Notes under the pieces: generated by a model
The model's database searches: none
What the model was told of the DNA's origin: nothing
What the model saw: only the letters and a program-made list of their open reading frames with translations
In this document: in pieces, positions 10,198 through 21,945 of the stretch
Numbering within the stretch: the first letter of the stretch is position 1
How the letters are laid out: the number at the start of each line of letters is the position of its first letter
Program-made: the position numbers and the translations under genes
Assembly (NCBI GenBank): GCA_032718475.1
Contig: JAUCBJ010008994.1
Coordinates: 1 to 32,082, forward strand
DNA length: 32,082 bases
Direction: 5' to 3'
From: Nemertoderma westbladi
Lineage: Eukaryota > Animalia > Xenacoelomorpha

Positions 10198-13161
10198 CCC
10201 TTTAATACCCGAATTAAGTATTTATGATGGAAAAAATATTTTCATGCATAATTGTCATGTATAGGGCCCATTTGGGATAATAAAAAAAAAAATTAAAAAA
10301 TTCACCCACGGGTTTTACGTATAGAGGGTCGTTGTTCCTGAACAACATTGGGTATTTGTGGTATAAATCACGCCCTAGATTATTGGTATAAATAACACCC
10401 TAGATTATCTCATAAGTGTCAATGATTTTTTAGTTATATGATATCAAGACTTGATCGAATCGTGTCCACCTTGTCGATGCAAGTACCAGTCTGTCTCAGT
10501 CTCATGTTCATTTCTTGTCAGTTCGTCTGTCTGTCAAAAAAGTATTATTAGAAAATACAGTATATTGACTGTGATTTATTTAATTGAATAAAACATTTAT
10601 CAAAAATAGTTTTCATTTCCGATGGTGAAACAGATAAAAACAGTTTTTGTTTTTTACAATGCACAATAGAACTCCGCACTTTGTACATTGCCAATGCGAA
10701 TAACCGTTAACACAATAGCGACATCGACCTTGATTCGTCATAAATTTAGGGAAGTGGTCTGTCAGATCATACCGAACATCGTTAACTGGGATTGGAACAG
10801 TAGATTTGGATTTCTTGGGTGGAATGGTAATGGGTTCATTGGTAGAGATAGATGGGCGGCCTCGCTTCGAAGTACATGTTGCCTTTCCAGACTTCATTAA
10901 ACTATGGGCTATAATAGTTTGGAAACGAATTAGTGCTAACTGCTTCTTCTTGACAATAGAGAGTTGATTACAGTGACGGCGATAGAGCAACCATCCATTG
11001 GTCACCGAAATTCCAATCAAATAATGTACGATTGGCATATACCACTTTCTACGTTTCAGCTGTATACGGTATAAAGAAAGTAACATATCGCACAAATCCA
11101 CCCCTCCCATACACAAATTGTATTCCTCTACCATGCGAGGTCTATCAATACTAATATATTTCTTATCTGTCGCTGACCATCTATTGGCTGGTGTACCCAA
11201 GTCATGTCCAATGTAACTAGATACCAGCTGAACGACACCATTATCTAACCACTTCACAAGCGTCACCTTTCTATTCACTTCTACTCTCCAATCTAGAGCA
11301 CCTCTTCCTTGCTTCCTCATTTCCTTCTCAGTTAAAAGAAGTTTGTTCGCACCCCGTAACCGATTACTACGAATGGTACCAATTGACCAGATACCCCTAT
11401 CGATAAGATATTTAACTAAATCGATGGACGTAAACAAATTATCGAAATATACCTTATGCCCCAGTCCACGTTGTAACGTCTTAGTTAATCTGACCACTAC
11501 ATTCCCACCACTACCCAATCCAACAATTTCATCCTGGTCCGTGCATTTCCCACAGTATATTTCGAAATCGTATATCAACCCACTGACTCCACAGCGAGCC
11601 CAAACCTTAAAACCCCACTTGATCGGTTTCTTGGGCATGTATTGGCGCATGCCCACTTTTGCCCGCGTTTTCGATGGGATCATCTGTTCGTCCACAGAAT
11701 GTCTCTCTTCAGCAGAAACACTTCTGCACATCTCTCGCACAGAATCAAGCATTGGTCTAACTTTATATAATTTATCTGAATGAGGATCACCAGCTGGTGG
11801 TTCCATTGTGATATCATTGCAGTGAAAATATCTCTTAATAGTTTCAAACCGTAGTCGACTCATAGTATCCGCTATTGCAGAGACGCGAGTTTCATAAGCC
11901 CAATACATTCGATATTGAGGATATTTAATTACACCCATTAGAATTAAAATTCCGAGAAATTGATCAATTTCATTCTCAGAAACATTTATACACTTTGACG
12001 TTTTCGTTTGGACTGTCGAATATAAATTGGTCTGCTCTGCTAAATGCTTAACGAGTGACTCACGAAAGAAATATCTAAAGTATTCCAGTGGCTCATTTGG
12101 TTCAGGAGGTGGATTAGGAAACGCATCCCCAATAAACTCACTGTCTACAGGTTCACTATCCTGCTTTCGCCACCTGTAACTACTATCCTGTATCTCTTCA
12201 TTCGATTTGGAAGCTATATCATCAAGAGCTGCGGCGAGATCGACTATATCATCTGCAGAAATCTCATCCGTAATATCACCACCACCATCAACATTAATAT
12301 CAAACTGTGTTACATCTTCCAATTCATCGTCATCTTCACTCTCAGACCCACTTTTGTTCCCCCCAGGTAACTCCACGCCGACTATCTCATCTTCTTCCAC
12401 CATACCACGGGTTTCGTCAAACCGAACACGACTTCGTTTATAAAATCTACCAGAAGGAATTGATAGTGAATTCTCTGCACTATCACTATCAGCAATATCT
12501 AATCGATTTACTGTTCTCAGGTCTGATAACATTAGCGAGAGGTTAGGGTTAAATCGACTCATACTGTATCTCTTCAGTATAAAAATTAGAAAGTCAAAAT
12601 AAAGTGAAACAACATGAGTAAGAGGCAGACAGACAGACAAATAGACTTTTGAGAAGATAAATTTTAATTTATAATAATATATTTGACCTGAGATACAACT
12701 CTACAGTGTCCAATTACTAAGGCTGCTTTTTACATGGTGTTATAGGTAATGTCCCAAATTTACTTCCATGAATGACCAATGTTGTTCTGTAACAACATGT
12801 AGAAAACAATGCACCACACCCCCCTAAACATACATTCTGCTATGGGGTAACGATTAGTAGGTAGTTAACACGTTATAGGCTATCTGCATATTTTTCGTAG
12901 CTCTTATTATGTTGAAAACAACATACGTTATGGCCTAGAAAGAAGCGCTCTAACGTATAGTGGTACCTGATTCGCTATTTCATCTTTAAAGTCGATCTAT
13001 GGCTATCGGCTTCGTATTGACTCTGTCAGATCAGGTTTAATTACAAACTACAATCATTATGCTATTTATAGCACCCAATCACAAAACAGGAAATTGAATT
13101 TTGTTCATGAGGGAACCAATTATATTTATGTTGTTTACAAACAACAGTGGGCATTAAAGGG
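10198..13161 (-). mobile_element. Autonomous piggyBac transposon
   Basis: TTAA at 10194-10197 and 13162-13165; TIRs CCCTTTAATACCC / GGGCATTAAAGGG (1 mismatch); subterminal TGTT(G)..AACAACA palindromic motifs; intact transposase. Confidence 0.93.
10613..12562 (-). CDS. piggyBac (PGBD-like) DDD transposase
   Basis: Catalytic SVDEQM, FDNLF, GGVDLCD; YMPKKPIKWGFK; C-terminal Cys-rich domain CRYC..CTKCGVLLC..CF..FH. First ATG at 12562 (ORF open to 12640). Confidence 0.95.
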   Translation of the reverse strand: MSRFNPNLSLMLSDLRTVNRLDIADSDSAENSLSIPSGRFYKRSRVRFDETRGMVEEDEIVGVELPGGNKSGSESEDDDELEDVTQFDINVDGGGDITDEISADDIVDLAAALDDIASKSNEEIQDSSYRWRKQDSEPVDSEFIGDAFPNPPPEPNEPLEYFRYFFRESLVKHLAEQTNLYSTVQTKTSKCINVSENEIDQFLGILILMGVIKYPQYRMYWAYETRVSAIADTMSRLRFETIKRYFHCNDITMEPPAGDPHSDKLYKVRPMLDSVREMCRSVSAEERHSVDEQMIPSKTRAKVGMRQYMPKKPIKWGFKVWARCGVSGLIYDFEIYCGKCTDQDEIVGLGSGGNVVVRLTKTLQRGLGHKVYFDNLFTSIDLVKYLIDRGIWSIGTIRSNRLRGANKLLLTEKEMRKQGRGALDWRVEVNRKVTLVKWLDNGVVQLVSSYIGHDLGTPANRWSATDKKYISIDRPRMVEEYNLCMGGVDLCDMLLSLYRIQLKRRKWYMPIVHYLIGISVTNGWLLYRRHCNQLSIVKKKQLALIRFQTIIAHSLMKSGKATCTSKRGRPSISTNEPITIPPKKSKSTVPIPVNDVRYDLTDHFPKFMTNQGRCRYCVNGYSHWQCTKCGVLLCIVKNKNCFYLFHHRK

Positions 13162-13220
13162 TTAATTAATTAAACAATTAATTAATTGGTCGATTAAACA
13201 ATTAATTAATTGTATTATTT

Positions 13221-13730
13221 GTATCAAATAATGTTGCCAAAGGCAATTTAATTTGACACAAATCAATCAGATAGGGGACGGGCGATGAATAGATTGTACT
13301 ACAGTAGATAAAATATACAATACAATAGACACTGTACAATACAATATACAGTACATTTGTATTATTTTTGTCGTACAATAGAAGGTAAATGTAGAATGAA
13401 ATATAAAGATGCGAACGGGGCCCAAAACATAAATTACCCTTTCAAGAAAATAAAATGGGCCAGTTTGGTCCTGGTTCAATCCCTCAATAATCTGCGGCTG
13501 TTTGGGCTCTTATTAGACGTAGCATGACTAACCCCATCGAATCCTATGTTGAGTTATACTGTATACCAACGTGGGGCTGCCACAAAGTTTAAATTATTTA
13601 AAGTATCAAATAATGTTGCCAAAGGCAATTTAATTTGACATAAATCAATCAGGTAGGGACGTGAGATGAATAGATTGTACTACAGTTGATGAAATATACA
13701 ATACAATAGGAACAATAATACAATATACAT
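13221..13730. repeat. Local direct repeats: ~13221-13350 vs ~13603-13730, and ~13531-13602 vs ~14790-14861
   Basis: Shared strings gtatcaaataatgttgccaaaggcaatttaatttgaca... and gaatcctatgttgagttatactgtataccaacgtggggctgccacaaagtttaaattatttaaa. Confidence 0.8.
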
Positions 13731-13775
13731 GGCTGCACCAATTATTAGTCGCCAAGTACATACAATTTATACACC

Positions 13776-14134
13776 GAATTGATGGTTGCTACACAAGACT
13801 ACTAAGGGCAGCCCTAAACATCAGCTGGAGACAACACATGACAAACGCCGAGCTTTATGGTACAATACCACCTGTATCAACCACCCTCCGTGAACGCAGA
13901 TTAACATTCAGTGGGCACTGCTGGCGAAGTAAAGACGAGGTCATACCAGATCTACTTCTCTGGCAACCAACTCATGGAAAGCGTAGTCGTGGACGACCTG
14001 CCATAACATATATAGATCAACTTGAAAGGGATACTGAACTTGGGAGAAACGAAATTGCGACAACTATGGAGAATCGGGAAGCCTGGAAGGATCTCATTTC
14101 CACTGTCCGAGTTCGCTCGACCTAGTAGTAGTAG
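13776..14134 (+). mobile_element. 5'-truncated RTE-clade LINE insertion
   Basis: Encodes IDGCYTRLLRAALNISW..TNAELY..RRLTFSGHCWR..LLWQPTHGKRSRGRP..W; (TAG)n tail; TSD TATACACC at 13768-13775 and 14135-14142. Confidence 0.88.
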
Positions 14135-14293
14135 TATACACCAATAATAATTACATAACAATTTATACTACTCTCATAATTAACTCGCAATAGTAACGGG
14201 AAAAAATAGTTTATTTTCTGGTTTGCGTAATGACTGATTAGTGAATTTCGGTGTCTAAACCTTCATGAGTTTAGGGTGCGGAGAATCGCATCA

Positions 14294-14602
14294 TCACCAA
14301 GACGACTCTTGGTATGTTTGCACGTCAATCCCACACCTCTTCTCCCCACGCCGCCGGACATTTAATCTCTTCTCCACTTTTTTCACTTCTTTTGATTTCT
14401 CGAAAATGGAGCTCCTATTCCTATATTCACAAAATTTTAAATGATGTTCCCTTTCGGCTTCTCTGAAGCTATGTGCAATTTCAAATGGGCACTGTACCAT
14501 TTTTTGGCCAGGAAAGTTCTTCCGACACTTTCTTATGTGTTTTACATATTTTTCCGAAAGAATCCTATGCGTGGCATCGTATGGGCAAATAAAATACTCC
14601 AT
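14294..14602 (-). CDS. GTSF1/Asterix-like protein with two CHHC (U11-48K-type) zinc fingers; probable frameshift in the tail
   Basis: Two C-x5-H-x9-H-x3-C fingers: CPYDATH..H..KC and CPFEIAH..H..FC. An alternative frame gives the tail EEIKCPAAWGEEVWD* ending at 14325. Confidence 0.85.
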   Translation of the reverse strand: MEYFICPYDATHRILSEKYVKHIRKCRKNFPGQKMVQCPFEIAHSFREAEREHHLKFCEYRNRSSIFEKSKEVKKVEKRLNVRRRGEKRCGIDVQTYQESSW

Positions 14603-15564
14603 AGTACCAAAAAGACAAATTTAGTAGGATTTACTTTAAAAAAAAAAACTTTGGAAAACTTCACTTTAACGTTTTTTAGAGATAATGATTTAACTTTACA
14701 TGGTTTTTATTTATATAGAAAGGACCACCTTAATATTTCAAATAGGACCATAGTTTTTGGCATGGCATGCGTGAAGGATTAAGCTAAGCACCCCATTGAA
14801 TCCTATGTTGAGTTATACTGTATACCAACGTGGGGCTGCCACAAAGTTTAAATTATTTAAACCTTCAGATTCATTATCATGTAGACCATTGTCAAATCGC
14901 CCAAGAAATTATAATAAACATCTGGTTTTGCAATAGATTGCATTCTTTCACATTGTGTTGTGAAGCAGCCTGCGCGCCTGACCGCACATAATTAAATAAG
15001 GCCCTCTTTTAATACATAAGTTATATACAGTTTATCTTAAATTTATTGAATTTGTTTTTATTTACAACCCTAATTGTTCTACTGTATTATAATTTATGTT
15101 TTATTATAACAAGCTATATCCTGTTAATCTTTATTAATTTTATTTGTACTGAGGTTTTCGTGGGCGCTGTTTCCAATGGTCCTACTCTCAAAACGATCTA
15201 ACCTACTGTATAATTAATTACTTAAGTCTGCGAGGTATGCGTAAGTAACAAACATCGTTTACCAGTTTTCCTTTAAAAACTATGAAGCTATATTGCTTAA
15301 GAGTTCTAAGGGGCGAGCCACGAGGTAAGATGTTTGAGACTTTTTTAGATATATTATTACTTAATTTTGACCCCCCAGTCGGTATCTATTACAATATAGG
15401 CTATATCTTTTTGCGGAGTCACATAGTAGTCTGAAGTTCCCTAGTCTGCCTCTAGAGGGCGAAATGTCTCAAAATGAAAACCATACAGTAGCTATGAATT
15501 GGTTACTAGGCAATAATACTACATTTTGTATAGTTAGGCTAATGCTGATCGAACGAAAACTGCC

Positions 15565-15636
15565 CTGGTCCATGTGAGGATCGAACCCACGACCTACTGG
15601 AGATGTGAATTCAAAGCAACCACTACACCAAGGTGG
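15565..15636 (-). mobile_element. tRNA-derived SINE head or tRNA pseudogene
   Basis: Minus strand has A-box TGGTGTAGTGG and B-box GGTTCGATCC at tRNA-like spacing; no convincing full cloverleaf. Confidence 0.5.
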
Positions 15637-15708
15637 AACAGTAACGTTCGAATTTGTTCGTTAACGTTCGAATTTGTAAGACTCTGATTTAAGAACCGAG
15701 GCACACCC

Positions 15709-16425
15709 CACAACCACAGCCACAGCCACAGCCACAACCACAGCCACAGCCACAGCCACAGCCACAGCCACAGCCACAGCCACAGCCACAGCCACAGCCA
15801 CAGCCACAGCCACAGCCACAGCCACAGCCACAGCCACAGCCACAGCCACAGCCACAGCCACAGCCACAGCCACAGCCACAGCCACAGCCACAGCCACAGC
15901 CACAGCCACAGCCACAGCCACAGCCACAGCCACAGCCACAGCCACAGCCACAGCCACAGCCACAGCCACAGCCACAGCCACAGCCACAGCCACAGCCACA
16001 GCCACAGCCACAGCCACAGCCACAGCCACAGCCACAGCCACAGCCACAGCCACAGCCACAGCCACAGCCACAGCCACAGCCACAGCCACAGCCACAGCCA
16101 CAGCCACAGCCACAGCCACAGCCACAGCCACAGCCACAGCCACAGCCACAGTCACAGCCACAGCCACAGCCACAGCCACAGCCACAGCCACAGCCACATC
16201 CACAGCCACAGCCACAGCCACAGCCACAGCCACAGCCACAGCCACAGCCACAGCCACAGCCACAGCCACAGCCACAGCCACAGCCACAGCCACAGCCACA
16301 GCCACAGCCACAGCCCCAGCCGCAGCCGCAGCCGCAGCCGCAGCCGCAGCCACAGCCACAGCCACAGCCACAGCCACAGCCACAGCCACAGCCACAGCCT
16401 CAACCACAGCCACAGCCACAGCCAC
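15709..16425. repeat. (CACAGC)n microsatellite, ~119 units
   Basis: Directly visible hexamer array with a few variant units (CGCAGC, CACATC, CACAGT). Confidence 0.98.
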
Positions 16426-16803
16426 TTCTCCAGCACACCACTTCTCCCCACAGGAGAATATTTGTTTATCTGTTGTCAAAATGTTTAACTAATTTGATGT
16501 TTTGGTTACTCATTCATTATGCATTTAAAATAGGATAAAGTTGACTTTATTTGTTTATTTAAGCATATTATTATGAAATTACATAATTAACCTTTTGCCT
16601 GCCACCCCTCGAAATTTTTTTAAAAATTATAACTTTATCATGTTTTTGACTTTAGATTCGTTGGGTATGATAGGATCAGAACGATTTTTTCAAAACTACC
16701 CACTCTTTGACTCAGGGAGTGTATGTTCCCATATGGGAACATTGGCCATTAAACAGACAAAGTAAATATTTATAACATTTTAAATAAACAGCATAGTTAT
16801 ATA

Positions 16804-17655
16804 TTATGAGTAACTTAGTAGGTAAGTATGTAGTAGTGTGCTGTGCCTCGTACTTTAGAACTTACTTATTATGAGTAACTTAGTAGGTAAGTATGCAGTA
16901 GTGTGCTGTGCAGTTTACTTTAGAACTTACTTATTATGAGTAACTTAGTAGGTAAGTATGCAGTAGTGTGCTGTGTAGTTTACATTAGAACTTACTTATT
17001 ATGAGTAACTTAGTAGGTAAGTATGCAGTAGTGTGCTGTGTAGTTTACTTTAGAACTTACTTATTATGAGTAACTTAGTAGGTAAGTATGCAGTAGTGTG
17101 CTGTGTAGTTTACTTTAGAACTTACTTATTATGAGTAACTTAGTAGGTAAGTATGCAGTAGTGTGCTGTGTAGTGTACTTTAGAACTTGAACTTACTTAT
17201 TATGAGTAACTTAGTAGGTAAGTATGCAGTAGTGTGCTGTGTAGTGTACTTTAGAACTTACTTATTATGAGTAACTTAGTAGGTAAGTATGCAGTAGTGT
17301 GCTGTGTAGTGTACTTTAGAACTTGAACTTACTTATTATGAGTAACTTAGTAGGTAAGTATGCAGTAGTGTGATGTGTAGTGTACTTTAGAACTTGAACT
17401 AACTTATTATACTTATTATGAGTAACTTAGTAGGTAAGTATGCAGTAGTGTGCTGTGTAGTGTACTTTAGAACTTACTTATTATGAGTAACTTAGTAGGT
17501 AAGTATGCAGTAGTGTGCTGTGTAGTGTACTTTAGAACTTACTTATTATGAGCAACTTAGTAGGTAAGTATGCAGTAGTGTGCTTTGTAGTGTATTTTAG
17601 AACTTACTTTTTATGAGTAACTTAGTAGGTAAGTATGCAGAGGTGTGCTGTGTAG
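16804..17655. repeat. 65-bp minisatellite, ~13 copies
   Basis: Unit ttatgagtaacttagtaggtaagtatgcagtagtgtgctgtgtagtttactttagaacttactta starts at 16804, 16869, 16934, 16999 ... 17611. Head-to-tail, no unique spacers. Confidence 0.95.
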
Positions 17656-17846
17656 CAGTACTGTAGGTACTAGTGTACTGACTGCTGACTGGCCTGTCTT
17701 TGTAGCCTCAGACTGGCACCTGGTAGGCCAGTACAGCAGTAGGCAGTGTAGCTATACTATGATGTATGATGGCCTAGATGATTGTGACTGTGGACAACTG
17801 ATTGTGCATTGTACATTGTGCATTGTGTGTCTCCGTCTGTCTTTTA

Positions 17847-17964
17847 CAGTTTTATACTGGAGCTCCGGTCCTCCGGTCTTATTTTTTGCCGGAGCCGGAC
17901 CGGAACCGGAGCACCATTTTCCGGGCCGGATCCGGACCGGAGCCAGAGCTCCGGTCTAACACTA
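17847..17964. mobile_element. Tiny CCGG-rich MITE remnant (possibly hAT-like)
   Basis: Imperfect ~20-bp inverted ends (cagttttatactggagctccgg / ccagagctccggtctaacacta) and reiterated CCGGA; no TSD seen. Confidence 0.35.
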
Positions 17965-18694
17965 TGTAGAATGCAGAATTGATCAAGAATGCAGAAATAT
18001 GATACTACTTGTAGAATTATAGGGTTAGAAATACGTGCTGTACTCATTATGCAGCAATGGGCCTACTTAGGTCTCTCATTTGGCCAATGTTCCCATATGG
18101 GAACATGAGGTAAAAAGATGTGTACAGTATCTCATAAAATCATTGCACATTCATATATATTGTTTTTAAACAACAAATAAATTACTTGATTCAACATTTG
18201 ATGACTTTCTACTACAATAATTATATATATATATATTATATATATATATTATATTATATTATATATTCAATATATAATATATTATTTGTATATTTCATGC
18301 AAATAAATTATCCTGTTCAAAATTCATATTTTTGCATGAAAGTAGAGGTCCACTGTTCCGAAAATTTTGTCAATCATTGGTAAATTTTCAGTTAATCTGA
18401 CAAAACATATTTATTATGTTGTCCCATATGGCAAGTTAAGAAGAATATTATATATTATAGTACTTATTTTTTTTAGCAACAAGTACATGTTCCCATATGG
18501 GAACATTGGCAGATAAAAGGTTTTAATACGACTGAATATAATAAATATTTCAAACATATACAATATTTCAGTTATAATTAATGTCTCGCATTAACTGTAC
18601 GACTGTTACTGTTCATAATCCTAGGTCAATATACAACAGTTGCTGGAGATATAACTTTTCCATTCCCTACTCTGATTTTCTGTCCATTTTCATT

Positions 18695-18876
18695 GTCATT
18701 CTCCCCGCCGGGACCACCCCATCTTTACACAGCCCAGCTACATCCAGTGAGTGCATCGCCCGCACCCTATGCCTCCACATAACTCTTATTAGATTCATTT
18801 TGTTAAATTGTTGAAACGATGAAGGATGATGTGTGAAAGGTTCTACAACCAACGTCGGTTTACCGCCTTCGGCCAT
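18695..18876 (-). pseudogene. MAEGG accessory ORF, 3'-truncated (duplicate at 21976-22157)
   Basis: MAEGGKPTLVVEPFTHHPSSFQQFNKMNLIRVMWRHRVRAMHSLDVAGLCKDGVVPA, cut at the duplication junction. Confidence 0.6.
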
Positions 18877-19445
18877 TATGTCGAAATTTTAATAATATAA
18901 TTTTATTTAATAATTTATAATTTAATAATTTAAATAATAAAGTGATGCCGGTATCGCTATTCCCAATGTTAATATAGCAAACTTCAACAGAACTAGCTAA
19001 TTTGGTGAGGCTAATTATCTATGCTTCGCAACGTAACTATATATGGCTTATTTCTTTTGTGAAACCGGTGACATATGTGAGTAGATTGAACCCAGACTGT
19101 TGATTGTCGTTAGAGCGTTTAATTATTGTCTAATGCGCGTAGCATGGATAGAGATTCTGGCCTTTGTGTTAACCACATAGGGCGGGCAGCAGATGCTTGG
19201 TATATATGTAACATGGAAAGAGTTGGGCCCGCTACAGCTATGGTCGATTATCCCGGTTTTACTGGCAAGTTGTTATTAATGGCGCCCACGCGCTAAAGAC
19301 CATGCCTCACTTGTTGCCGCGTGAAGGTCTCATGAATGCGTTAAACTTTGTTAATTGCGTAAAGGCTCCACAAACGACGCGTTAAACTTTGTTATATTGT
19401 GTAAAGGCTCCACGAACATGTTAAGATGGGTTGCATAAAGTATAA

Positions 19446-20154
19446 AATTAATAGCATAAAATGGTTTTCTGGGAAGTTAGGACGGTATGGATACCCATGT
19501 ATGACACGGGAATCGATGTTTAATTCGGCGTAATTTAAATTGAAATGTTTAAAATGTAGCGGATTGCTGCTTAATTCCCCATTGAACCTGGCGTTCGTAA
19601 AAGCATTCCAATCAAAATATACTTAGGTAATTTTCCTTGGATTATGTTCGATTCTGTATAACTGGACTGCCCACCACCAATAGTGAAGGTTTTCACTTCT
19701 TGTTTTAACAAGTTGTAAATAAAGTCATTTTTTTGTGACCCCAATAAATGCGCGCGCATAACCTCAGAATCAATCCTGTGGCGTTTTATTTTTAAATTAA
19801 TACTCATGATTTCTACTCTTGGAATTGTTAATCCGGCTGGGGGTTCAACTTTCAAAAAAAAATATTTGATACTCGGTCTATACGAAGTCGAACGTTAATT
19901 CCGGGCGGCAATAATTTGTCCTGACTTGTCAAGTCTAGAAAAATTGGGGTCACTACGAATTTAACATAATTACCGCGAATGTCGTTCCCAGTAGCGACAG
20001 GTACCCCACCCAGATTATTATCTGTATCCTCATAACCACCAGCTCTTAAAATACCGCTTTTTTCGTTAGCATCTGTCAACAGTAATGTCTGAAACGTAGA
20101 CTTATTGGCGTAGAATCCATTCGAGGTTTCAACTAGCTTTTCATTTAGGTACAT
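19446..20154 (-). pseudogene. Polinton major capsid protein, copy B
   Basis: ORFs 19852-20154 and 19571-19855 plus out-of-frame NPLHFKHFNLNYAELNIDSRVIHGYPYRPNF. C-terminus and protease deleted. Confidence 0.88.
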
Positions 20155-21175
20155 CGAATGTAAAAAATAAAAATAGGTAAAAATAGGTTTTTTTTTGCCA
20201 GCTTTAGAGCTATAATTATACAGAAAGAGTCACTTGTTAAAATTCCAACAAAAGTAGCACGAGAGCCTTAGTTGAGTTGTCACATTAATTAATATAGGAG
20301 GTGGCCTACTACTATGATCAGCATGCGCATTGCTGCTGCATTTTTAATAATCCTGTGCTGGCTTGTTGACAAAATTGCGCCGCTACAACGCCCTATCACC
20401 CATGACATTTGCTAGATCATCCACATCTTCAAGACCAGTGTCCTTTAAAATGCGCCTCAAGAAAGTCATGGGCTATCCACCACGCCTATCCACCCCTATG
20501 AGGCCGCCAAAGCACACAATCTCACCTCAAGTGCATCAGTTTGTATTTTAATTACCTTGCTCTCGTGATACTTTTACCGAAAGATTAAACTTCACCCTAT
20601 TGCAAGTCACTAGACACATATTGTATATATTGATTGTCTCATATCAGAAGGGGCTAAGTCACATCTTTTCTCTTCAGGAAATGGGGTTATTGATCATATA
20701 TAGTAGATTGTTATATAGCTCGGTGTACATTCTGCCAGAGCCCCAAAGAACCAGAATGTATGGTTGCTGTGATATTTTCAATTTCATATTGACCTAATCA
20801 GAGAACCCTTTAGTAATCATTAGATTTGGTATTTATTTTTTCAAACCCGTAATAGTGAACTCTCGAACACAAGTTTTATTTTTATTAATTAATATTTTAA
20901 TAAATAAACATTTCCATATAATAATAATAATTCAATACAATTATATTACCCTGCAACCATTATTTAGTTTTTATCGGCTAATTCCATGCGTTGTAGGCGG
21001 ATGGCGGTGGCTTCCTTTCCCTGATTGTCTAGTGCTTCCTAACCTGTATAGTTCAACAAAGTTTAAAGTTTTTACTTTGTGTAATTAATTAAATTATATT
21101 CATGTAACAGTTAGTAATAAAACGGAAATGGTGAGGGATTGAACTTGTTGTTACTTGTTTAATTTACCTTGTCAA

Positions 21176-21491
21176 TTAATCCCACGCTTCTTCTCTCCAT
21201 TCTTTTTCTGTGCCCCACGCTTCTTTCTACCATTCAATGCTAGGGTTTTCAGTTTTGATATGTTCTTCTTCTTTTCTTTTTTCGTGAATTGACTTCCCAT
21301 TTCGATACTGACAGTATCATAACTGGTATTGTTTTTCTGCCTCAGGAAAGTAATGGCATTGAATGTTCGGGCATTGAACTATTTTTTCTCTCAGATGATT
21401 TCTTCTACATTTTCTTAAGTGTCTGATAAATCTTTCCACATGAATTCTGTGGGTTGTTTCATATTGGTCATATTATATACACATTATCTAT
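21176..21491 (-). pseudogene. GTSF1-like pseudogene (copy B)
   Basis: Near-identical to 8237-8552 with the same lesions. Confidence 0.85.
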
Positions 21492-21608
21492 TATAAAAAG
21501 TATATGATAAATATTGTATATTATAAAATTTGTAATTAAATTATTAATAATTATTACCTTAGTGAATATTTAATGAATATAGAGAAGTGGTTTATTATAT
21601 TATATTCA

Positions 21609-21945
21609 AGTAGTAGGGTAAACAACTTAAATGAAACAGTGTCTGCCATAGTCTACCATGTTAAAGAATTTGCCGAACGGCTCTTGCCCCGCCTACTTAC
21701 TATGATTACCATTGTGTCACCCCGCCCACTTACTATGGTTACCATTGTGCATGTGCATATGTGACATGTCACCACTGTGTATATGTGACATATGTGGTAT
21801 AAGGCCAGTTCGCAGACGGAAGTAATTTAATTAATTCGTGTCTACCGGTTGGCGTTTGACCTTGAACCGCAATAGGTAAAACCCAAAATAGTAAGTGGGT
21901 TGCAGACGTTTGTTATAAAGTCTTTAACATGATAGACTATTACAG
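21609..21945 (+). repeat. Probable Polinton terminus/TIR segment
   Basis: Starts AGTAGTAGGGTAAAC where similarity to copy A ends. CAGTGTCTGCCATAG at +28; internal inverted repeat 21648-21671 vs 21917-21940. Confidence 0.65.

Larger units (their letters stand above)
16591..18520. mobile_element. Non-autonomous piggyBac-like element
   Basis: TTAA-CCTTTTGCCTGCCA ... TGGCAGATAAAAGG-TTTTAA (2 mismatches, imperfect right TTAA). The 20-bp palindrome ATGTTCCCATATGGGAACAT occurs at 16723, 18087 and 18487. No transposase. Confidence 0.8.

Noticed and set aside
10688-12546. Plus-strand ORFs inside the piggyBac (and 2144-3021 inside the LINE)
   Set aside because: Antisense shadows of long coding frames.
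15565-15636. Functional tRNA gene
   Set aside because: A and B boxes are present but acceptor and anticodon stems are not convincing; more likely SINE-derived.
15661-16479. 272-aa poly(VA) and poly(WL) ORFs
   Set aside because: Artefacts of the stop-free (CACAGC)n microsatellite.
16804-17655. CRISPR-like array
   Set aside because: Units are head-to-tail with no unique spacers, there are no cas genes, and the context is eukaryotic.
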